Source: a virus (lineage: Duplodnaviria > Heunggongvirae > Uroviricota > Caudoviricetes). From it: a stretch of DNA of 64,000 nt. Under the pieces are notes generated by a model. It saw only the letters and a program-made list of their open reading frames with translations. It did no database searches and had not been told where the DNA came from. Shown piece by piece: positions 40,868 through 49,657 of this stretch (positions are counted from its first letter, which is position 1; every line of letters begins with the position of its first letter). Where the stretch lies: the IMG/VR virus record IMGVR_UViG_3300030055_000004, one strand, 5' to 3'. The translations under genes were made by a program, and so were the position numbers.

Positions 40868-40935
40868 CGCCCCAGACTTGAACTGGGAACCTATCGGTTA
40901 AAAGCCGAGAGCTCTACATTGGAGCTAGCGGTGCG
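40863..40935 (-). tRNA. tRNA-Lys(TTT)
   Basis: Perfect acceptor GCACCGC/GCGGTGC, D-arm GCTC/GAGC, anticodon loop CTTTTAA, T-arm CCCAG-TTCAAGT-CTGGG. Confidence 0.7.
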
Positions 40936-41095
40936 AGTTTGTTGGAATAGGCAAATCACCAACTATGATACATGCATTGAAAAGAATCACTTTTACTAAT
41001 TGTATCTTTCACATAAAAGTAGATAATGTGATTAGCATTAAACGTACTTTTTCTATACTAAGTGATGTAGCAGAGCAGTTTATTAAACTGTTGTG

Positions 41096-41167
41096 TGAGC
41101 CTAATAGGAGTCGAACCTATATCCCAGGATTCGTAATCCTGTGTTCTATCCATTGAACTATAAGCTC
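41096..41167 (-). tRNA. tRNA-Arg(ACG)
   Basis: D-arm GTTC/GAAC, anticodon stem CAGGA/TCCTG, loop TTACGAA, T-arm ATAGG-TTCGACT-CCTAT. Confidence 0.65.
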
Positions 41168-41177
41168 TCATTAATTG

Positions 41178-41250
41178 TGACCTCTGCTGGATTTGAACCA
41201 GCGACACCTAGATCTTCAATCTAGTGCTCTACCAACTGAGCTAAGAGGTC
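41178..41250 (-). tRNA. tRNA-Phe(GAA)
   Basis: Perfect acceptor GACCTCT/AGAGGTC, anticodon stem CTAGA/TCTAG, loop TTGAAGA, T-arm GCTGG-TTCAAAT-CCAGC. Confidence 0.75.
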
Positions 41251-41296
41251 AAGCAAGATTTTTACTTCTAGGAAGAAATACCTTGAAAAAGAACCG

Positions 41297-41367
41297 TTGC
41301 GATATCAAGAATTGAACTTGAATCAAATGGATATGAGCCAAACATTCTACCATTGAACTATATCACA
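41297..41367 (-). tRNA. tRNA-Met/Ile2(CAT)
   Basis: Anticodon loop CTCATAT on a weak stem, D-arm GTTC/GAAC, T-arm TCAAG-TTCAATT-CTTGA, acceptor TGTGATA/TATCGCA. Confidence 0.5.
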
Positions 41368-41368
41368 G

Positions 41369-41442
41369 TGGGGAAAATAGGACTTGAACCTATGACCTCC
41401 CGGGTATCAGCCGGACGCTCTAACCAACTGAGCTATATCCCC
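41369..41442 (-). tRNA. tRNA-Ile(GAT)
   Basis: D-arm GCTC-AGTTGGTTA-GAGC, anticodon stem TCCGG/CCGGG, loop CTGATAC, T-arm ATAGG-TTCAAGT-CCTAT. Confidence 0.65.
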
Positions 41443-41732
41443 ATTATTTTTCTAAATATTGGAATATAAAAATCTATGGATTGTATATCTTTTCTATGAA
41501 TAGATACTTTATAATTATCATATCTTTTAGATGTATTAGGTTGTCCAATTGGATCTTTCCATATTCTAAAATCTTTCATTACAAAATTTATGTATTCTCC
41601 TTCAAATACAACATCTATTGGATAATGATAATACTCATTCATACCACTAGGTTTTAATTTATGTAGTATAATCCAACAAATTCTTTTATTACTTAATAAT
41701 CTTGGTAAACTTTTAAAAACTTTTCTTGTCAT
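41433..41732 (-). CDS. hypothetical protein
   Basis: 99 aa ORF inside the tRNA island. Confidence 0.2.
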   Translation of the reverse strand: MTRKVFKSLPRLLSNKRICWIILHKLKPSGMNEYYHYPIDVVFEGEYINFVMKDFRIWKDPIGQPNTSKRYDNYKVSIHRKDIQSIDFYIPIFRKIMGI

Positions 41733-41779
41733 TTGGATGTATTTTATTAATTAATACTGTCCGCCATTTTAATAATTTG

Positions 41780-41854
41780 AGCTCATACTCCGATTTGAAC
41801 GGAGGAAATATTGGTTTTGCAGACCAACGCGTTAGACCACTTCGCCATATGAGC
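41780..41854 (-). tRNA. tRNA-Cys(GCA)
   Basis: Perfect acceptor GCTCATA/TATGAGC, anticodon stem TTGGT/ACCAA, loop CTGCAAA, T-arm CTCCG-TTCAAAT-CGGAG. Confidence 0.7.
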
Positions 41855-42017
41855 ATTTAAAAATTCAGTTCTTGCATAAGAAATAATAAACGTTAATTAG
41901 TTTTTTGTACGGGAGTTACACCTATTTATTATATTTACACAAACTAACTTATGCCTAAGTAAATAGCCCACTATATACGCTTCCACTATTTGTTTGCTTC
42001 AATCTGAATTTTATTGT

Positions 42018-42149
42018 TGCGAGCGCCGGATTCGAACCGTGTCTCGGGGTTATAGCTTTATTCTATTCTAAAATAAATTTTAGTTTGAACATTTCACAGA
42101 CTTTTAAACCTGTATGAGCCCAGTGAGCTACCATTGCTCCACCCTCGCA
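42018..42149 (-). tRNA. tRNA-like gene interrupted by an about 60-nt AT-rich insertion (CAT anticodon loop; possible intron or pseudogene)
   Basis: The 5' half (GCGAGGG-TG-GAGC-AATGGTA-GCTC-A-CTGGG-CTCATAC) stops after the anticodon loop. An insert of about 62 nt follows. The 3' half has a T-loop GGTTCGAATCC and acceptor CGCTCGC, which pairs with the 5' end at 6 of 7 positions. Confidence 0.4.
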
Positions 42150-42163
42150 TCTGTTATATTTTG

Positions 42164-42236
42164 TATAAGCGGTGAGACTCGAACTCACGACCACATGCTC
42201 CCAAAGCATGCATTCTACCAACTGAAATACGCCTAT
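42164..42236 (-). tRNA. tRNA-Pro(TGG)
   Basis: Acceptor ATAGGCG/CGCTTAT, anticodon stem CATGC/GCATG, loop TTTGGGA, T-arm GTGAG-TTCGAGT-CTCAC. Confidence 0.65.
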
Positions 42237-42343
42237 ATTTAATTAGAAATCCAATTTTTCAGGATCTTTGAAAGATAAAAACTCATTTGCGAATAATAAT
42301 CCGTTCTTTAAATAAATATCTTGTTTCATATCTAAATCATTTG

Positions 42344-42416
42344 CAGTACTGATGGGAATCAAACCCACTAAATCTCGATAGACAGTCGAGTGCACCAATC
42401 GTTATGCGCCAGTACT
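42344..42416 (-). tRNA. tRNA-Asp(GTC)
   Basis: Perfect acceptor AGTACTG/CAGTACT, anticodon stem CTCGA/TCGAG, loop CTGTCTA (position 37 is U, which is unusual), T-arm GTGGG-TTTGATT-CCCAT. Confidence 0.55.
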
Positions 42417-42423
42417 ATTTTTG

Positions 42424-42496
42424 TAATCGGTATCGGATTCAAACCGATGTTACTTCATAGAAGGTGAAGTGTGCTAGGTCACTGCACTAACCGATC
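42424..42496 (-). tRNA. tRNA-Glu(TTC)
   Basis: D-arm GTGC/GCAC, anticodon stem CTTCA/TGAAG, loop CCTTCTA (C33 and U37 are atypical), T-arm ATCGG-TTTGAAT-CCGAT. Confidence 0.55.
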
Positions 42497-42625
42497 ATTT
42501 TATTTTAATAACTTAATATCCTTTTGTTTAGATGGTAATTCATAAAATTTACACCATTTTCTTATTGTATTGTCACTTACTCCAAAATCCTTTCCTAATT
42601 TTAAAAAAGAATTCATCTTAATTAA

Positions 42626-43420
42626 TTATAATAAATCTTCTTTAGAGGGTCTTTCAACTTTTCTTTGATTTAAAGCTCTTAGTTTTTCTTTTTCAGAATA
42701 ACCATTTTCGTCACGAAATACTTTTTCTTTAATCTTAGGCATTGTAACAATACCTATCGTTTGATAAATAATTTCTTTTGTTTCAAGAGAATGTAAAACT
42801 ATTTGAATAACTTCATCAATATTAGTTTTAATCTGATTTTCAGCAATTCTAATAATATTCCAACCATTGTTTTTTAATAACAAATCCTTTTCGCCATCTT
42901 TAATTTTTCTTTCCTCTAACAAATGTTGAGAACCATCTATCTCAATAGCTAACTTTTCATTAATGAACGCAAAATCAATAAAATATGGAAATACACTATA
43001 TTCTCTTGCAATTAAGTATTTTTTATCTAATTCAAATCTTTCTAAGGCTTCTTTAAATAAATTTTCAGGATAAGATATAGTGGAAGTTCTCCAAGCTGTA
43101 TTCTCTGGATGTTCTTTCATATATTTTAGTCTAGCAATTCTTATTTTTTCTTTAGACTCATCAGAATGATGTAATGTATACTTTTTAGAAGCAATTTTTC
43201 GTGCTTCAGAAAAAGAACGAGTAAGTCCTTTTAAAATTCTTTGAACTATACAAGTAGATAAATCATATTCTTTTTTAATATCATTTATAGAATAATTTAA
43301 TTCTATATATTTATTTTTAATATCTAACAAATTTAATGCTGTTAATTTACATGCATTTTGATGGGCAATTTGTCCGCCTTTATTAGAAAATTCTAGTCCA
43401 CATTTTTCACAAATATTCAT
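42626..43420 (-). CDS. zinc-finger + DUF559/Vsr-like (PD-(D/E)xK) endonuclease, homing-endonuclease-like
   Basis: 264 aa. N-terminal CEKCG...HQNAC zinc finger. The C-terminal ...FPYFIDFAFINEKLAIEIDGSQHLLEERKIKDGEKDLLLKNNGWNIIRI segment matches the DUF559 endonuclease core. Confidence 0.45.
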   Translation of the reverse strand: MNICEKCGLEFSNKGGQIAHQNACKLTALNLLDIKNKYIELNYSINDIKKEYDLSTCIVQRILKGLTRSFSEARKIASKKYTLHHSDESKEKIRIARLKYMKEHPENTAWRTSTISYPENLFKEALERFELDKKYLIAREYSVFPYFIDFAFINEKLAIEIDGSQHLLEERKIKDGEKDLLLKNNGWNIIRIAENQIKTNIDEVIQIVLHSLETKEIIYQTIGIVTMPKIKEKVFRDENGYSEKEKLRALNQRKVERPSKEDLL

Positions 43421-43595
43421 TTTATACTATTTTATATAGTACAAAGATAATAAAAATATTTGGTTAGGACAATAGAATTTCAAAATTAATTAAAAATAAG
43501 TTTAATGGATAAGTTAATCAAAAATATAAATATCTAACACGAGTTAAATATTTATATTTCTAACCAATTATTCGATAGGGATGTGAAAATTATAC

Positions 43596-43988
43596 CTATT
43601 GTAGTAGGTATAATTTATATAAAGTACCATCAATTGCTTCTAGTAAATCATCCAGAATAGCATGCATATGTGTGTATTTTGCATCTATAACATCATATCT
43701 ATTTTCATAGATCATTTCTTTTATACCCTCAAGATACTCTGTTGCAGTTAATTTATATCCATAAATTAAACTACTAAGATCATACTCTACTACTTTTTGT
43801 TCACAGCCCTGATAAACCTCTATTAATCTATCTGCAATTTCAGGAACTTCTTGATAAAAATCATTTAATGCTAAATGTTTAATACCAGAACTTGCTCCTT
43901 GGATTTGTAAATGTTTGATATGTGACATCGTCCCTATGGAAACTATTGTTCCAAAAAAACTTTCAGGTTTTGTTTTAATTTTACCCAT
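43596..43988 (-). CDS. hypothetical protein
   Basis: 130 aa ORF. Confidence 0.2.
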   Translation of the reverse strand: MGKIKTKPESFFGTIVSIGTMSHIKHLQIQGASSGIKHLALNDFYQEVPEIADRLIEVYQGCEQKVVEYDLSSLIYGYKLTATEYLEGIKEMIYENRYDVIDAKYTHMHAILDDLLEAIDGTLYKLYLLQ

Positions 43989-44055
43989 ATTTTAATATTT
44001 TTTATTATTTAATTATCTTAATCTGTACAAAACTTTAATTCTTTTTCTATTTTTA

Positions 44056-44595
44056 TTAGAATACATTATTTTTTAAATACTGATTATAAACATAAGCAGC
44101 ATGTAATTCACAGATAAAATATCCTAAAAATATTTTTCTTTTTAATACTGAATCCCATATATTAGATAGCCATTTCTTCCTAGTTTCTACCCAACATACA
44201 CCTGTATATTGAGATGAAGTATTAGTTCTAACATACCCATCACTTACATTATATCTATTAGAAACAATTTCCAAATTATCTAAATAATTATTTAATTTAT
44301 TCCCATCAATATGATTAATAACAGTAGTTCTTTTATTTACTATATAATCAAGAAAAGACATAGCAACTAAAATATGAATACAATAACTTTTTCTAATTTT
44401 ATTTTTTGTAAGATTTACAGATAAATAATTAGTTCCACATGGTTTTAATATTTTATCTTTTTTAGCTTTATTATTACCTAATGATAATATATTACCAAAA
44501 TTACTACATTTATATAATCCTTCAAATGTAGGTATATCTTTCCAAATTTCTTGCATATTTTCCTTTGTTTTATTTAATATGCAAAGATACAACAT
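44056..44595 (-). CDS. HNH homing endonuclease with NUMOD4 and AP2 domains
   Basis: 179 aa. WKDIPTFEGLYKCSNFGNILS (NUMOD4), INHIDGNKLNNYLDNLEIVSNRYN (HNH_3), YTGVCWVETRKKWLSNI (AP2). Confidence 0.6.
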   Translation of the reverse strand: MLYLCILNKTKENMQEIWKDIPTFEGLYKCSNFGNILSLGNNKAKKDKILKPCGTNYLSVNLTKNKIRKSYCIHILVAMSFLDYIVNKRTTVINHIDGNKLNNYLDNLEIVSNRYNVSDGYVRTNTSSQYTGVCWVETRKKWLSNIWDSVLKRKIFLGYFICELHAAYVYNQYLKNNVF

Positions 44596-44644
44596 TTTTT
44601 CGACATAAAAAAATTAAAATCAAGTTTTATTTAAAATTTCTTAA

Positions 44645-45376
44645 TTACTGTTCATTTGTTGGTTTAAGCCAAAGTTTGGTATGTTTAAAAATATACAACT
44701 TTAAATCCCTATATTTACACAACATTTCTAAAGTTTTAAATGTATCAAACTTAAAACATTTGTATAACTCTTCACGAATACGTTCTTCAGACACAACTCC
44801 CATTTTGTATTCATAATCATAGTTCTCAATAACTTCTTGCATATTTGCTGGAATAGCTAAATTTTTAGTTAATGCAAAACGAATAGCTCTTAAAATTCTA
44901 AGGGGATCATCATTAAATGTTACATTACATGGAAGAGGTGTTCTAAGAATTCTAGCTCTTAAATCAGCTTCTCCATTAAATGGATCAATAATATTTCCAT
45001 CTTCATCTTTAGCCATAGCATTAACTGTAAAATCCCTACGTTCAAGATCATCATATAATGAACCAGGTACAATAATAGGTGTACGAGTTCCAGGTATATA
45101 ACCAATTTCCTTACGTGCCATTACAAAATCAGCAACACCTTTATATTTATGTCCTACTGGAAATTTAGCACGAATTGTATAACAATCTTTAGTTACTAAA
45201 AATATTTCAAACATATCTCTTCTTAAGATTTGTTCCAATAAAATAAACATATCACTAGCTTTACTATGTGAAGCAAGTAATATATCATTTGGAACAGCAA
45301 CATAATCGACATCTTTATTTACTAATCCAAGAAATTCATCTCGAATCTTACCACCTACTTCATAGAATTTAAACAT
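44645..45376 (-). CDS. cca: tRNA nucleotidyltransferase (CCA-adding enzyme, head domain)
   Basis: 243 aa. FYEVGGKIRDEFLGLVNKDVDYV and RRDFTVNAMA match the GGxVRD...D.D and RDFTxNA motifs of class II CCA-adding enzymes. Confidence 0.65.
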   Translation of the reverse strand: MFKFYEVGGKIRDEFLGLVNKDVDYVAVPNDILLASHSKASDMFILLEQILRRDMFEIFLVTKDCYTIRAKFPVGHKYKGVADFVMARKEIGYIPGTRTPIIVPGSLYDDLERRDFTVNAMAKDEDGNIIDPFNGEADLRARILRTPLPCNVTFNDDPLRILRAIRFALTKNLAIPANMQEVIENYDYEYKMGVVSEERIREELYKCFKFDTFKTLEMLCKYRDLKLYIFKHTKLWLKPTNEQ

Positions 45377-45979
45377 AATTTATAAATAATTTTTTACAAT
45401 TTGATTTTTTAGGGAATACAATACTACCATCTAAAATATAGCACCAATAACTAAATTTATATGAATTATACATATAATTAGATATTTCATTAATATTAAT
45501 TATTTTAAAATAAATATAATTTTGCATTTTTAAATCATATCCTATAATAGATTTAATAGGAAATTGCAAAGATTCTTTTTGTATAATATTTAATTCTTTT
45601 TTAAAAAAATTAAACATAATTATTTACTTTGTTGTTGAGAAAGTCCATTAATAAGTTCTTCAACCATTTTAGTAACTTTTTCATTTAATTCAGGATCAGT
45701 AATACCATTTTTATCAGTTATAATAACTTGAATAGTATATTGTTCATCATTTTTTATAAAATTTTCTATCATTTTTTCTTTTTTTTAAAATATTTTAATA
45801 AAGGGTGAAATATTTTTGCATTAATCCATAAATAATTAATATATAAACAAATAACTACACATACACTAATCCAACTTAAAAAATAAATCCTGCAGGTATA
45901 GAATCATTATTATTATCATTAACCCAAGCAAATAAAAACCAACTAATAACAATACCAATTATATAAATTATTAAATATA

Positions 45980-46684
45980 TCATTCTTCTTTATGATTAAA
46001 GTAACAAACAGTTGGATTATTTTTTTGAATATCAATATCAGGGTATTCAGCATGAAATTGTTGTAAATTAAATGGAGTAGTAATCAAATGCCATCCGCTT
46101 TTAGTTGGGATTGATGCAATTATTTTACTTTTAATATAATTAACAGCACTCCCATTCTCAGTAGTTACTACTTGAGGTAAACAATGATAATCAATAAATG
46201 CACACATTATGGGTGAAATTTCTGGTTCATCTACATCAATAATCCAACGTTTCTGTCCGATATTAATTTTTGATCCAAGTTCTAATTCAGTTGCAGGTCC
46301 TTTACCATCTTCTTCATCTTCTAAATATCCTCCACCTATTATAGTATCAAATAATCTATAAGTATAATCAAATTGTTTAAACCTTAACCTATCTGCTAAT
46401 TGACAATTAAGTTCATAAGCAGCCCTCTCCATACTTTTCTCATTAAGATTTATATATGCACGAGCAGTAAATATTTCACATAGTTGAATAATTTCTTGTT
46501 CATGTTTCTGAAAATCTTCTATACTTTTTATATAATAAGTCTTAATACATCGAGCATTATTATTACGTCCTCTATCGAATTCAGCACAATCTTTTTTACG
46601 TTTAAGAATTTGTAAATGATAAAAAGAATCTTTTGTTGTAAATGATAATAAAGATGCTATTTGTTTAAAATTATTTACTATCAT
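45980..46684 (-). CDS. hypothetical protein
   Basis: 234 aa ORF. Confidence 0.25.
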   Translation of the reverse strand: MIVNNFKQIASLLSFTTKDSFYHLQILKRKKDCAEFDRGRNNNARCIKTYYIKSIEDFQKHEQEIIQLCEIFTARAYINLNEKSMERAAYELNCQLADRLRFKQFDYTYRLFDTIIGGGYLEDEEDGKGPATELELGSKINIGQKRWIIDVDEPEISPIMCAFIDYHCLPQVVTTENGSAVNYIKSKIIASIPTKSGWHLITTPFNLQQFHAEYPDIDIQKNNPTVCYFNHKEE

Positions 46685-47319
46685 TTTCCAGTTAATTTGT
46701 TAATATCAATAACAATAGCATTTGAATTATATTTTACAGAACATAATAATTGACAATCTAATACATCTTGTAAAGAATATTGAGGTTTATTAAGATCAAT
46801 ATATAATTGAGCTAATTGTTCTGTCGAAAATTCTTTAATATGACTACTATAAAAAGTAGTATCAAAATGTGTAGCTGGCATTAATTTAAAATCATATAAT
46901 CTTACACCAAAAAAAGTACCACCTTTACGAATTTCTTTACCATCTTCTGTTATAAATAAAACAGGATTTTTATTTTTATTAATAAATCTCCAAGCAGCTT
47001 CTTTTGTAGAGAAACGTTTAACTTCAGAATTACTAGCCACAGTATAATTACTAGTTTGTTTAGGAGGATTTAATGTAGCTAATACTACATACCACCAACT
47101 ATCTCCTGAAAAAATAGTTACATTATCTTCCGTTAAAAATAATGCACTAACTCTTTGCCAATATTCTGGATATTCTTCAAAATATGCATCATTCCATTTA
47201 GAACTATAATAAGTTTTAAAACTATATAATTCATTAATATTTTCTTGAGTTACAATATCTCCAATATTTAATATAGAAAATATTCCAGGGTATTTTTTTA
47301 TTAATTTAAATTTTTTCAT
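46681..47319 (-). CDS. hypothetical protein
   Basis: 212 aa ORF. Confidence 0.25.
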   Translation of the reverse strand: MKKFKLIKKYPGIFSILNIGDIVTQENINELYSFKTYYSSKWNDAYFEEYPEYWQRVSALFLTEDNVTIFSGDSWWYVVLATLNPPKQTSNYTVASNSEVKRFSTKEAAWRFINKNKNPVLFITEDGKEIRKGGTFFGVRLYDFKLMPATHFDTTFYSSHIKEFSTEQLAQLYIDLNKPQYSLQDVLDCQLLCSVKYNSNAIVIDINKLTGK

Positions 47320-47593
47320 TTTTATTTATACGTTGTTGAAGTCTATTCATTTTAAAATCAATTTGTTCTTGAACATAGTTCATATCAGTTAATTTTTCGA
47401 ACTGTTGTGACATAATCATTACATCAGCAAATTCTTTATTAATTTCTATCCAATTTTCTTTAGAATCATCTCTAGTTCTAAATTTATGAATTGCCATAGC
47501 AAGTTCCATACATTCTTCTTGTAACATTGCTAATTGTGAATTAAATCCCCATTTAGCAATTGCTTGATCTAATATTGTTTGATCTATATTCAT
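47306..47593 (-). CDS. MazG-like nucleotide pyrophosphohydrolase
   Basis: 95 aa. LQEECMELAMAIHKF...EFADVMIM resembles the MazG EExxE...E/D motif pair. Confidence 0.45.
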   Translation of the reverse strand: MNIDQTILDQAIAKWGFNSQLAMLQEECMELAMAIHKFRTRDDSKENWIEINKEFADVMIMSQQFEKLTDMNYVQEQIDFKMNRLQQRINKNEKI

Positions 47594-48024
47594 TATATTG
47601 TTGATAACATTTGATCAATTTCATTACTTACATTTTTCTTTTTTGCTTGTGCATAAGATATAAACATAAGATTACAAAATTGATGTCCTATATGTGATAG
47701 ACCACTTTCTGGGTCTAATTCTTCTCCATCTAAAATTGCAGCAGTATGGCGTAAAAAACTGTCCCATAATTCTGTCTCTGGAAATCCTTTTTTCCAATTA
47801 TCTCTTCCACTAGATATTAATTTAAGTTGTTTAGAATCTACAACAGATACTTCATTTCCTTTAATTTTATTCCCTTTATCATCTTCAAATATACTATATT
47901 TATGTGCTCCATACATAAGTACTTGAATCATTGGTTCTAGTGATTTCCAATGCATTAATGACCATTGAAGTTTTCCCTCATTATATCGTAATCCTTGTTC
48001 TTCCATTAACATCCTCCTCCACAA
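47593..48024 (-). CDS. hypothetical protein (possible dATP/dGTP pyrophosphohydrolase N-domain-like)
   Basis: 143 aa, adjacent to the MazG-like gene. Only a weak resemblance to DUF550-type proteins. Confidence 0.25.
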   Translation of the reverse strand: MWRRMLMEEQGLRYNEGKLQWSLMHWKSLEPMIQVLMYGAHKYSIFEDDKGNKIKGNEVSVVDSKQLKLISSGRDNWKKGFPETELWDSFLRHTAAILDGEELDPESGLSHIGHQFCNLMFISYAQAKKKNVSNEIDQMLSTI

Positions 48025-48215
48025 TCATCACAATGCCACATTCCACATTCCCATGTAACATTAAATTCATAATCATAACCACTTTCTTCGGCCATTGCAC
48101 TGCAATGTTCACACCATTCTGGTTCATAAGTTAGTTCATCTAAATCCTCATCTAAAAGAAAATGTTTATTTTCTTTATATTCTTTAAATTCTAATTCCAT
48201 AATATATAAGACCAC
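48006..48215 (-). CDS. small Cys-rich (zinc-binding) protein
   Basis: 69 aa with a CEHC...C...HCDDCGGGC cysteine cluster. Confidence 0.3.
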   Translation of the reverse strand: MVLYIMELEFKEYKENKHFLLDEDLDELTYEPEWCEHCSAMAEESGYDYEFNVTWECGMWHCDDCGGGC

Positions 48216-48659
48216 CTACGATATGTAGATGGCCTGTAAAAAATCAATTTATCTTTTATTCAATTATTTCAAAAGTAAACTTATTACTTCCAGCAAATTG
48301 AGTTAAATGGTAAAGAATACGAGCTTCTTCATTTAATTCAAGCCATACATTTTTTTTAATTCCGGATGGACATTCATCTGAAATAAAATTCATTACAGCA
48401 CTTCCACTAATATTTAAATTTTGTGTACAGTCTTGAACAGTACGTGGTTTAAAATCATTTGGTGCGGAATAATGTCCTTTTGGAGTTAAATACATTCCAG
48501 TAGGTAATCCTTTAGAATCAGTCATTTGAAGTTCCATTGGAGATGTATTAATTTTTGAGACTACTTCTTTAGTAGATTTATAGGATACCGGAGTACCTAA
48601 CTCACCTCCGATATGCACGGTCAGTAAGATTTTTGAAGTTTTATTTAATAACATAATAT

Positions 48660-49043
48660 TTATTTCCACGTAAAAATATAACCTATTCCAGTTATATATT
48701 GAAATTGAATAGTAACAATTCTAAAATTATTATTCATTATCCAACTAATTCTAGATTTTATAATATAATTTTTATTATAAATATCTATAATATTTTTAGC
48801 CAAAGTAAGATTTTTAGTAACAATAGAAGTTTGATAACAAAATCCTGCATTATTTAAATAATAAAATACATCTACATTAGAATATATAACAATTAAACAA
48901 GGAATTTTCTCTATAATAGAGTATCTCATATCATTATTGGTAAATTCATTTTTAATTTCATCCAATGAAGAACCAATTCTAGCTTGTGAATATATATTTA
49001 CATATATACATAAACTAACTAAAAAAACTATAAAACGTTTCAT
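48660..49043 (-). CDS. secreted/periplasmic hypothetical protein
   Basis: 127 aa with an N-terminal hydrophobic signal-like segment (MKRFIVFLVSLCIYVNIYSQA). Confidence 0.3.
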   Translation of the reverse strand: MKRFIVFLVSLCIYVNIYSQARIGSSLDEIKNEFTNNDMRYSIIEKIPCLIVIYSNVDVFYYLNNAGFCYQTSIVTKNLTLAKNIIDIYNKNYIIKSRISWIMNNNFRIVTIQFQYITGIGYIFTWK

Positions 49044-49657
49044 TTCTTTTTATTATTTTCAGTTTGAGCTTTAATAAAATTTTTAATTTGAAGTTGTTGC
49101 CCTGAAGTAAACATAGTCATATCAAAATTATTTTTAGATGATTTTACTATTGAAAAAGTCTCATTTTCTTTTCTTAATTTTATAACTTCTTTTTCTAATT
49201 CCTGCATTCTAGTATTATTTCCAATTTCTGAAATATCAGCTGCACTTTGCATAATAATACACCAATTAATAAGAAATGGTTTTAACTCTGTAAAAGTATT
49301 ATAAATAAAAACTTTATTATTTATAGCTAATATATATTGAGTATTTGAATTATTTGGTACTAAAATATTCAATGCAAATTGAGAACTATTAGCGGATAAA
49401 TGATTAGCAATACGAATTTTTTTATTACCGATACGATAATAAATAGAACCAGAAGCAGAATTTATTAGTAATTCTGTTCTGGTTTCTAAAAATTTAGTTA
49501 ATTTTGACACTTTTCAATTGGTTTAAGACTAATAGTGTGATTTTCTAATACATTATTAATAATTATTTCTCTACATTCTTCAATGAATTGTTCATCAGAA
49601 CACGTAAGTATTGCTTTGTATTTTTTCAATAAAATTTTTAATTCTTCTTCCATATTT

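Noticed and set aside
40606-41156. Plus-strand ORFs 40606..40809, 40710..40901 and 40965..41156
   Set aside because: They are antisense to the PTH2-like gene and to the tRNA-Lys and tRNA-Arg genes. All other genes in the region are on the minus strand and none of these has a recognisable motif.
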